Origin: Octopus sinensis
Taxonomy: Eukaryota
Direction of reading: 5' to 3'
DNA: 64,000 nucleotides
NCBI RefSeq assembly: GCF_006345805.1
Contig: NC_043009.1
Coordinates: 26,288,001-26,352,000, forward strand
In this document: positions 54,048 through 64,000 of the stretch, one piece after another
How the letters are laid out: every line of letters starts with the position of its first letter
Numbering within the stretch: position 1 is the stretch's first letter
Made by a program: the position numbers and the translations under genes
The notes under the pieces: generated by a model
Told to the model about the DNA's origin: nothing
The model's input: only the letters and a program-made list of their open reading frames with translations
Database searches by the model: none

Positions 54048-54710
54048 CGGCGGGCTTTTTTCTGTTTCAGCCGACCAAACTCCAACCACCTTGTTTTAGA
54101 GAGTAGAGCTGGCATATAAGTATACGCAGAGAAAGAGAGAGAGAGAAGGTGAGAGAGGGAGGGAGAGGGAGAATATGCATAGAGACCGTTATCGCATATG
54201 TGTACGTATATATAAATACATATTTATGTGCGTGGCTTTGTGCTGGTGTGTGTTACCCAACGCCCGCTTGGAAACCAATGTTGTGTTTACGTCGCCGTAA
54301 CATACCCCTCCCGTAGAAGGAATCGACAGAAAAAGAACCAGTCTTTGAAAATGCCCATACTGGAATCAATTCATTTGACTTATAATTCTTCAAGGTGGCG
54401 CCCCATAAGACCGCTGTCTTACAAATGAAACATGTGAAATATAAAAAAGTTATATACATATATATGTATGAATAGAGAGAGAGAGAGAGATGGGGGTAGG
54501 CGTGGCTGTGTAGGAAGAAATTTGCTTTCCAACCGCATGGCTCTGAGTTCAGTCCCACTGGGTTGTACTTTGGGCGAGTGTTTTCCACTCTAGCCTCGGG
54601 TCGATCAAAGCCTTATGAGTCATTTGGGAGACGAAAACTGAAAGAAGCCCGTCGTATACATCTGCACGCATTTTTTTTCTCTCCTTCTTTCTGTGTTTCT
54701 TCTCTGTGTA

Positions 54711-54748
54711 TCTTTCTGTTGAAGAGCGTAGCTTCGAAACGTTAAAGA
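54711..54748 (+). ncRNA. Minimal type-I hammerhead-like motif, second copy, within a ~200-bp element (~54672-54878)
   Basis: TCTTT-CTGTTGA-A-GAGC(GTA)GCTTC-GAAAC-GT-T-AAAGA; downstream body matches 46440-46537 and the 11.1-11.6 kb unit. Confidence 0.55.
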
Positions 54749-54876
54749 CTTGTTTTATTTATATTTCCTGAGCACCATACTAATACAATTGTTTGTTTGT
54801 ATTCCACCTGCCTTCGTCTTTTGTTTATTTCCGTAAACCTGCCTTCGTCTTTTGTCTATTTTCATAAAGCTTCCCG

Positions 54877-54992
<116 letters not shown>

Positions 54993-55053
54993 TTTATATA
55001 TATATATAATATATATATATATGTGTGTGTGTATATATATATATGTGTGTGTG

Positions 55054-55111
<58 letters not shown>

Positions 55112-55116
55112 TATAC

Positions 55117-55147
<31 letters not shown>

Positions 55148-55157
55148 TGTATGTATG

Positions 55158-55193
<36 letters not shown>

Positions 55194-55247
55194 ACATATG
55201 CGTCCATTGATATATATATAACGTATGAATATATACATACATTTATA

Positions 55248-55292
<45 letters not shown>

Positions 55293-55959
55293 TTATGTAT
55301 TTATGTATGTATTATGTATGTATACAATTGTTTATATGTGTGTATATGTGTGCGTGTATGTATATGTGTGTGTGTAAAATATACAAATAATTCGTGTCTA
55401 GCTTACGTCTAAACGCGAAATAACGAAAACAAAATGTAATTAACTCCCAAGAGACTTAATGAAATTTAAATCTGCATTATCTCTTATCTCTTTAAATTCT
55501 TTTCTCAAATCAGATAATTTGGCAAATAAAATAAATTAATATTAAAAACATGAATAAAATATCAATAAACAGAAACGAAGCAAAATCTCTGAATCGCAAC
55601 CCTTTAATTATCCCGTCACAGACTTGTTTACATTTTTTCATAAACAATTTTGGGCAGCGTTGTTTTGTCTGATTGCAGGCACAGTCAAATAATAACTGAT
55701 GAGTCTCAAAAAAGACGAAACGTGTGGGTATGATTCTCATCGTAAGCTGTCGAAAGACCTAATATTTAAACTACTATGAAGTAGTTTATTTGTAGGAAAA
55801 ATAATTACGTTTACTAAAGTAGTACAAGTAAAAAATTATGGGGTTCATTTCCGGCCCTTTTCAGTACTTCTGATTGATTGTTTGTCTCTCATGCAAGGTT
55901 CCATTTCCTTCTGGTTTATTTCGTTTTACTTCAGTTATTTTCGTTCATATTCATTCTCT

Positions 55960-56336
55960 CGTTCGAACCTTGGGAGAGGGGGTCAGTCGATTAGACCGAC
56001 TTCAGTACGCAACTGGTACTTAATTTATCGACCCCGAAAGGGTGAAAGGCAAAGTCGACCTCCGCGGGGTTTGAACTCAGAAAATAAAGACAGACGAAAT
56101 ACCTATTTCTTTATTGCCCACAAGGGGCTAAACATAAGAGGGGACAAACAAGGACAGACAAAGGGATTAAGTCGATTACATCGACCCCAGTGCGTAACTG
56201 GTACTTTATTTATCGACCCCGAAAGTATGAAAGGCAAAGTCGATCTCGGCGTAATTTGAACTCAGAACGTAGCGGCAGATGAACTACCGCTAAACATTTC
56301 GCCCGGCGTGCTAACGTTGCTGCCAGCTCGCCGCCT
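55960..56336 (-). mobile_element. Dimeric family A SINE, second copy
   Basis: Same internal junction AATAAAGAAATAG|GTATTTCGTCTGTC as 39855-40263. Confidence 0.85.
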
Positions 56337-56781
56337 CTTTGTATTATAAGATTAAAGATATGGAGACATAGTCTGCGGTTAACAGTTCGATGCAACCAAG
56401 TAAATTTGGGGTCAGTCCCTCTGAGTGTCACCTTGTGCAAGAGTCTTCTACTACAGCCCCGGACCTACCAATATTGTCAGACTGAATTTGGTAGTTGGGG
56501 ACTGTGTGGAGTTCTGTTGTGCATACATACATAAATATGTTATACATGATGGTTGATGGTTGTCCATTCTTTATGCAGAGTTTGACCACCTCCTGCGCAT
56601 ACACTGCCTTGAAATGTGTGCACAGACATACAGGCAGAATAATTGATGGAGGTGATGCCTGCAGATGCAAGGACATCTGTGTTCGGAGTAAAAGAACTCC
56701 ATACATATATACATGCATACGTACATTCATACATACATACATACGTATATGTATATATATTATATGTGTGTGTGTTCGTAA

Positions 56782-56814
<33 letters not shown>

Positions 56815-57482
56815 TATTACACATATATATACATACTTAGATACACACACACAGACATATATATATATATATTTGTGTGTGTGCGTGTGTGTGTGTCCGT
56901 GTGTGTGTGTGCGTGTGTGTGTGTGTGCGTGTGGGAGGTTTATGTATGTCATTGTTTTCGCCAACCGCTTCACAACCGTTGCTTAGCGGTTCAGCAAAAG
57001 AGACCGAAAAAATCAGAAACAGACATATAAATAACACATGATTCGTAGAATCGATTTAATCGACAGACCCCTGCACGGTGGTGCTCCAGCATGGTCGCAG
57101 CCCCATCAGTGATACAAGTTTATAAATATACATTTTTGTCCTAATATAACAATACCTAAAAAAAAATACGGAATTTGAGAGATTCATGATATTTTTTGTG
57201 GATTGAATAATCTTCATTGCCAACTGCTGTAATTGGGAGCACTTTCATGCAGTCAGTTGCCAGATGCTAGAAATAACAGCTGAATCACTCCTTATCAAAC
57301 CCTACACATTTTTAAAAGAGAGAAAAATGCGTTAGAGGATATAATTCCAGATCTCCATAAAAAAGAAACAGGTTGCAAAGACCCTAATAATAAGCCTGCT
57401 CAATCAGGTCTAATTCGGGGTTAAACAGCAACAAAAACACAATCGGTGAAGTTGTGGGCAAACGGTATTTTCTTATTACTTA

Positions 57483-57995
57483 CTAGCAGTATCGCCCGGC
57501 GTTGCTCGGGTTTGTAAGGGAAATAACTATATAAGCATTTTTAGAGAGTTACTTCCTTTATAGATGCCAATTCGGGCTTTCTTAGCCATTTCTGTTTTGG
57601 TGTCTTCAAGCCATGAAGTCGTTGTTCTAAAAGAACGCTGGTCTCCTTCACAACGCATTACGACGTTGATTTCCTTAAACTCCCTTCCCCACAGCTTCAC
57701 GAGGGAGGGAAGAAGGGGGAGAAGCAAACAGGTGCAGGTGTGACCATGGACGCCAACTCCGCCGCTATCGACACACGAAAAATTATGCATTAAAATGGAA
57801 TAAAAAATGATGTTAAATTATTTTTAAAATCGTAGACTCATCGTAGACGCGCGCTAATAGCCAGACGGGCTCGATATTAATCACGACTATAAGATACCCG
57901 AATTTGGTTAAACTGCACCGCAAAATGTGGGAGGAGTTAGGAATCAAAATCGTAGGAGACAGACACTCACACAACTACAGTTTTATATATATAGA
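57483..57995 (-). mobile_element. Non-autonomous Helitron
   Basis: Minus strand starts A|TCTATATATATAAAA and ends with hairpin CCCGAGCAACGCCGGG then ...CTAG|T; inserted at an AT site with no TSD. Confidence 0.85.
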
Positions 57996-58619
57996 TGAAC
58001 TATCGTAATCCACGTTCAAATCTCTAGGATCAACTTTTTTCGCTTCATCTTTGCCAGGGCCCATTAAGTATGCGCCACTGCTTTAAAAATACTGTGGCTC
58101 CGAGAATGTGAAATCTTATACTGACGTTAGAGAGCACGACTAGAAGTTATGTACTGCATGGCATGCAATGTTTAAACAGAAATGGTTGCGTTTATTTTTC
58201 AAAGATACTGAGAAGACAGAAAGAAGGAGAGTGGTGGGGAGAGAGAAGGAAGGAATAGAGATAAAGAGAGAGAGCAAGACAGAGAGATGCGGGGGTGGGG
58301 AGAGAAACAAACAGACAATAGAACTCCATAACATATCGTGTTGAAATGTTTTTCAATGTGTTTCTCAAATGTTGTAACTGATGACATGTACAACGTAGAA
58401 TACGGCTTTTGGGTATTTAGAAAATGTCTTCCAAGCAACAACAACAACAGCAGCAGCAGCAGCAACAAGAACAAAAGAAGCAAGAACGGCAACAACAATA
58501 ACAAGGTAGCATCAACAAAATTTACAATAACACGAAAGACAAAGCAACAAGTTTAACAAAAGGTTAAAAACAATAAAAAAAAAGAATTCAACAATAACGA
58601 TGACAATGGTATTATCATA

Positions 58620-58729
58620 TTTCCACAAATGCCAGCGTCTTCGCCATCATCGTCGTCGCCGACAATATCATCATCATCATCATCATCTACGTCGTCGTCG
58701 TCCACGTCATCATCACCATGATCTTTATT

Positions 58730-58762
<33 letters not shown>

Positions 58763-59110
58763 TTCGTCGTCGTCATCTTCAACGTCGACTATCATCTACG
58801 TCATTATCAACATCGTCATCATCTAGGTCGTCGTCCTCGTCGTCGTCGTTGTCATCATCATCATCCTCATTAATCTAGTCGTCGTCATCATCATTATCAT
58901 CGTCGTCGTCGTCGTTTTCGTCGTCATCATCATCATCATTAATCTCGTCGTCGTCATCATCATCATCATTAATCTCGTCGTCGTCGTCATCATCATCATC
59001 ATCGTTGTCATCGTCATCATCATCATCATCATCATCGTCGTCGACGTTTTCGTCGTCATCATCATCATCATCGTCGTCGTCGTCGCCATCATCAACGTCG
59101 ACTATAACAA
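58620..59110. repeat. (CAT/CGT)n trinucleotide array with an ~30-bp higher-order unit
   Basis: AATCT(C/A)GTCGTCGTCATCATC... recurs at ~58872, ~58940 and ~58970. Confidence 0.85.
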
Positions 59111-59206
59111 TGTTATCAATAAGATCACTTTTAAAATATCCGGGAAGAATCTCAGAAAACCAGATACACACTAAACTAGGAACAACAAGTCTTAATTGCA
59201 TCATAT

Positions 59207-59244
<38 letters not shown>

Positions 59245-59429
59245 AAAGCAGTACAACCTTTGACATCAGTATAATAACAGGAACAATGACAATGAGCGAG
59301 AACGCAACGCGGTTGACTGATCTGTTAATAATAATAGAAAATTCCCTCAAATCTCATTCGAATGTCTTGGAGAGAAAAACAAAAGCAAAAGACATATTTG
59401 ACCTTTTGGAGCATTTCCAAGACGCACGA

Positions 59430-60102
59430 GAGAGAGAAAGAGAGTGAGTGAGTGAGTGAGTGAGAGAGAGAGGCAGTGAGAGAGTGACAGAGAGACAGCG
59501 AGACAGAGAGTGAAACAGACCAACAGATAGACAGAGAGACAGATCGCTAGACCGACAGAAAGACTGACTGCCAAACAGACAGACAGAGGGAGACAGAGAA
59601 AGGTAGGGAGAGAGGGTTAGGGTTGGGCATAACTTGATTTCAGCCGCAACAATGCCAGTAGTAATGACGACATCATTTACTGGTTGAGCTCTCTCCACCT
59701 CCCTGCCAGCCTGTCTGCCTGCCGGCCAGTCTGTCTGTCCGTATGTCTGTCTGTCTGCTTGTTTCTCTGTATAGTTATCTCCCTGTTTATTTGTCTGTTT
59801 ATCAACATGTCTGTTTGTCTTTCTACCTGTGGGTTGGTTGGTCTGTTTGTCTGTTGGTGCGTCTTCCCATCTGTTTGTCTGTCTGTCTGTCGGCCGGTTG
59901 GTCTGTTTGTCGATCAATCTGTCTCTCTGTCTGTCTATCTGTTTATCTGTTTGTTCGTTGGTTGGTTTGTTTATATATCGGTGTCTGTCTGTTTGTCTGT
60001 CGGTTGGTTAACCTGTTTATTTATTGGTCTCTCTCTCAGTCTATCTGTCTATCTCTTCTTCCTCTCTCTCCTCCCTCTCCTCTTCTCTCTCTCCTCCCTC
60101 TC

Positions 60103-60140
<38 letters not shown>
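59430..60140. repeat. Degenerate (AGAC)/(GTCT)/(CT)n low-complexity block
   Basis: Direct reading. Confidence 0.85.
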
Positions 60141-60354
60141 GCATACGCTATCAACTGTGGTGTATCCAAATGATTCCTTTCTGCACCACCCCCAATACAT
60201 CAATGACCTACTGACCAGCAGGTCTAACAACACCGAATCCTACTCAGATTCTATCACCATTTCCCCCAGACCTTCCACACCCCAGCATCAGCCAGACGCA
60301 ACCTCCACAACTCACTACAAATGTAGGTGAAAGCTGTTCAAATATAAATAATCT

Positions 60355-60514
60355 TTTCTACTCTAAGCACAAAGCCCGAAATTTTGGGGGAGGGAGCCAG
60401 TTGATTAGATCGACCCCGGTACACCATTGGTACTTAATTTATCGACCCCGAAACGACGAAAGGCAAAGTCGACCTCGGCGGAATTTGAACTCAGAACATA
60501 AAGACAGACGAAAT
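60355..60514 (-). mobile_element. SINE family A, tail type 2, head missing
   Basis: Minus: GTATTTCGTCTGTCTTTATGTTCTGAGTTCAAATTCC...GGGCTTTGTGCTTAGAGTAGAAAA. Confidence 0.8.
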
Positions 60515-60955
60515 ACATTGCGCCAACCTATTTTGCGTTCTGACCTTTTGGACTGTTACTGTGGATATTGGTTTCGGTGAGAGTTACCACTACCACCACC
60601 ACCAACTCGACCACCACGACCAACTCGACCACCACCACCAACTCGACCACCATTACCACCTCGACCACCACCACCACCACCACCTCGACCACCATTACCA
60701 CCACCACCATCACCAACAAAAAGAACATGGATACCAGTAACCACACTTACTCAACTAATGTCTCTTGTCTCTTTACTACCAATACCAAAACCATCCATCG
60801 CAAACAGCATCGTTATAACAATAGAAACACCCACGACAGCAGCCTCATTCTTATAGCTACACACACACACACACATCGACTAACTCTTGTTGCTGAAACC
60901 AATATCCACAGCAACAGTACAAAATGTCAGAACGCAAAATACGTTGGCGCAATGT
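60515..60955. mobile_element. MITE-like element with ~72-bp TIRs and an internal 18-bp (ACC-rich) minisatellite
   Basis: ACATTGCGCCAACCTATTTTGCGTTCTGACCTTTTGGACTGTTACTGTGGATATTGGTTTC (60515-) is the reverse complement of 60880-60955 at about 90% identity. Confidence 0.7.
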
Positions 60956-61539
60956 TTATTCATATGATTGCGTCATACAAGGATTCCAACCCCCGTTTAT
61001 TGTATTTGAAGATCCGTAACTACTTTCTCTTTCATCTTTGCTAACATCTGTAAACCAGGTGTATACGTACATACATATACGCATGCGCGCGCAGACACAT
61101 ATATATTGACTCGTGTACGCACACACATTCCCACACAAAGATTTTCCGAAATTACAAACCTTGTACGCCTGTAAAGTGGGGTTCGAGTAGCGATTACATT
61201 ATATAAGTCCATTTCATTCATTCGTAAATCCATTTCCTTCATTCGTTAATGTTTTATGTCCCCAATTGTGCTCTTTTGTCTGTCCTTGTACGTCTCCTCT
61301 GTGTAGGGCCCACAGTGGCCAATAAAATGTAAAATAGACGGCGAGATACGCCGTTCGGGCCAGTCATGCAGACGGCGATGTACGTCGTTATAATGCGTTG
61401 AGCAAACCACAACACTCTAAACTGCGCAAGTTAATGTGTGAATAACAAAATAGGAATTTAGAAAGAAGTACCTATGGGGGTCCACCAGAATAAAATGGTA
61501 ATCGAAAAAAGATCATAAATAAAAAGAAGTACGTGGTTG

Positions 61540-61810
61540 AGAGCTTCCACAACGGGCAGCGAACCTTCTCCAAACAACGGGATTGTCCGCTTTCTTCTTA
61601 CCGCCATTCGAGCTCACTCCCATCGCTACATGTCCTCCTGGAACGTACTGCGCCCTGTCTTCCTAGGTCTTCCTAGTCATTTTTTCTTCTTCCGGTGTCC
61701 ATTCCAGCACGATAGTAACCGGTCTCCCAGAGGTAATCGAAGCACTTTGCCAGTCAACCGTACCCACTACTTCGACACAACGTCCTGCAAACTTCCCAAG
61801 CCAGCTCTTA
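61540..61810 (-). mobile_element. RTE-clade LINE 3' relic
   Basis: Minus: IVLEWTPEE..RKT*...MGVS...KKADNPVVWRRFAARC, resembling the RTE ORF C-terminus. Confidence 0.55.
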
Positions 61811-61821
61811 TATATATGTCT

Positions 61822-61874
<53 letters not shown>

Positions 61875-62344
61875 ATGTATGTATATATCTGAGTGCTTAC
61901 ATATGCATATATGTATTTATGAGTAAATATACACACATACATGAATTATAAATGCATGCATGATTGTATGTGTATATAGGACAAACGTATAAATGCGCGC
62001 GCGTGAGTGTGCATGTGTGTAGGTGTTTGTGTGAGCGTGAACGAAACAAAATATATTTTGTTGATCTCATTGTTTTTAATAAAGCATAATGAAGTCCAAA
62101 CCAACAGTTTAGACTTCATTATTTTAAGTGACATAACGTCGTTCTTGCGAATAAGTAATCCCAAGATGTGTCTGTCTATCAATCTATCTGTGAATTACAT
62201 TGATACACGCGTCTGTAGAATGATCAACCGCTTAACGCCTTTACTATGGAAATCTCACACACACACGCTCATAATATTATTAGACTTAACTAAGAAAAAC
62301 AGTTTTTTTTACTAATCTATCTTTTGTTCAGGAATATCATATTT

Positions 62345-62572
62345 ATTTTATTGTCCCCAAGGGGCTAAACATAGAGGGGACAAATAAGGACAGACAAAGC
62401 GATTAAATCATTAACATCGACCCCAGTGCGTAACTTGTACTTATTTAATCGACCCCGAGAGGATAAAAAGCAAAGTCGACCTCAGTGGAATTTGAACTTA
62501 GAACATAACGGCATCTGACATATCGCTAAATATTTCGCCCGGCGTGCTAACGATTCTGCCAGTTTGCCGCCC
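62345..62572 (-). mobile_element. SINE family A monomer, tail type 1, with 18-bp TSD (1 mismatch)
   Basis: TTCAG(G/T)AATATCATATTT at 62327-62344 and 62573-62590. Confidence 0.88.
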
Positions 62573-62717
62573 TTCAGTAATATCATATTTGAAACTATAT
62601 CATGTGAGTTATGTCAAGTTTATTGAAGGCAACAGGTCTTACAGAAAATAATAATTCTATTTTCTTTGTGTGTGTGTGTGTGTGTGTTAGATATTTAACA
62701 TTAGAACCAGAATAATG

Positions 62718-62990
62718 AGGAGGCACATGGTCTGGTGGTCAGGGTGTTGTGTTCACGACCGCAAGATACTGGTGTTGCTTTCTGGACCGAGTGTTGCGTT
62801 GTTCTTGAGCCAAAAAACCCTTTATTTCACGTTGCTCAGCGATGCGATCACTCCGACACCTGACGCGCAGTACACCGCGTACCTGTTCAGACAACGTTGA
62901 TTTGTTGGAAGAGTTGAGTTAATATGCAGTACACACATTTGATCACTATAAACGAATTATTTGTGAAGATCGTTCAGCAAGAATCTTTTT
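62718..62990 (+). mobile_element. tRNA-derived SINE (family E)
   Basis: GGAGGCACATGGTCTGGTGGTCAGGG head, TTGTTCTTGAGC...CTTTATTTCACGTTGCTC; matches 1-120. Confidence 0.65.
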
Positions 62991-63542
62991 CGGACTACAA
63001 GTTACTATTATAATCACTGGAATAACCAAGAAATTTAATTTCCTAGTTTAAGGGCTAAACACTAATTCGGGGGCGAATAACTCAGTTGATTGAATAACTA
63101 AATACTGATCGGCGAAAGAAAGAAATCAACCTGCATTTATTAACTATTATTAGCAGTAATTATAATTTCGCCTATTATTGTACTAAAAAAATGAGTTAAT
63201 TATTTTCCTGTAACTACTTGTTGTTGACGCAACATAATCTTCTTACCGAAATGTTAACATAATCTACTTATATGCAAGAACTTCATAATGTTTTGGATGA
63301 TAAATGAAATGTTGTTTCTCTGATTGCGTAGGTTTACACCTTTAACAAAACAGAACTTGGCTTACACAGCTCTTCACACTCTCTAATCTCGAATGGGAAT
63401 AATGTCATCTGAGGCCTCACCTACACGTTCATTTTTAATGCTTTATTTGTCAGTTTAGTCATTTGTTCACTGATAATCTTGGCTTAGAGTTAGTAATAAT
63501 AATAATGATGATGATAAAATTCAATAATAATAAAGATGATAA

Positions 63543-63585
<43 letters not shown>

Positions 63586-63637
63586 AACAACAGCAACAAC
63601 AACAAAATATAATAATAATAATATAATAATAATAATA

Positions 63638-63714
<77 letters not shown>

Positions 63715-63718
63715 TAAC

Positions 63719-64000
63719 AATAAAGTTTGCTTATTGATCGACATGAGCATCCCCTGTGATCATAATATCTCGGCGAAAGAGTTTGACAAGCTCAGAAAAT
63801 ATAAAGACCTGCTCATTGAAATTGAGAAAATGTGGCATCTCAAGGCGGTTACAATACCAGTGATCGTAGGAGCACTAGGAATGATCAAGAAGGGAACCGA
63901 AAATTATATGACAATGATCCCTGGCTTACCATCCCTGCAAGAAGTGCAAAAGATTGTCTTAACTGGTACATCACACGTATTGAGAAGAGCATTGTCGCTG
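63719..64000 (+). mobile_element. 5'-truncated R4/Dong-like retrotransposon, RLE domain open, directly after (AAT)n; runs off window
   Basis: 94 open codons: NKVCLLIDMSIPCDHNISAKEFDKLRKYKDLLIEIEKMWHLKAVTIPVIVGALGMIKKG...LQEVQKIVLTGTSHVLRRALSL. Confidence 0.9.

Noticed and set aside
56540-56700. Cys-rich non-repetitive segment with a plausible acceptor (TTCTTTATGCAG)
   Set aside because: Weak donor, no recognisable domain in any frame; cannot support an exon without RNA data.
59354-60330. Overlapping 150-195-aa ORFs
   Set aside because: Degenerate GTCT/AGAC low-complexity sequence.

Overview
Repeat-saturated, AT-rich metazoan DNA with no host gene exon I can support. The SINE families and dense (TA)n/(CA)n/(ATCT)n/(AAT)n microsatellites look like an Octopus (cephalopod) genome; this is inferred, not verified. 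Contents: (i) dozens of tRNA-derived SINE copies in at least 4 families, including a TSD-bounded dimeric SINE; (ii) non-LTR retrotransposons: a near full-length CR1-group LINE (33.6-37.5 kb), two L1/Tx1-like 3' ends, four R4/Dong-like 3' ends sitting in (AAT)n arrays, one HERO/NeSL-like and one RTE-like relic; (iii) DNA transposons: one mariner, two DD37D (maT) relics, a non-autonomous Helitron and two fold-back/MITE-like elements; (iv) short elements carrying Penelope-type minimal hammerhead-ribozyme-like motifs; (v) two indel-rich inverted duplications and a 100-N gap, which point to noisy long-read assembly. Nearly all ORF-track entries are microsatellite translations. Top leads: a SINE 3' tail matching a Tx1-like LINE 3' end in the same window, microsatellite-specific insertion by Tx1-like (ATC/ATCC) and R4-like (TAA) elements, hammerhead-like motifs with a shared non-canonical core, and a CR1-group LINE that may be intact apart from assembly indels. 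SINE and relic boundaries were read by eye and are approximate.
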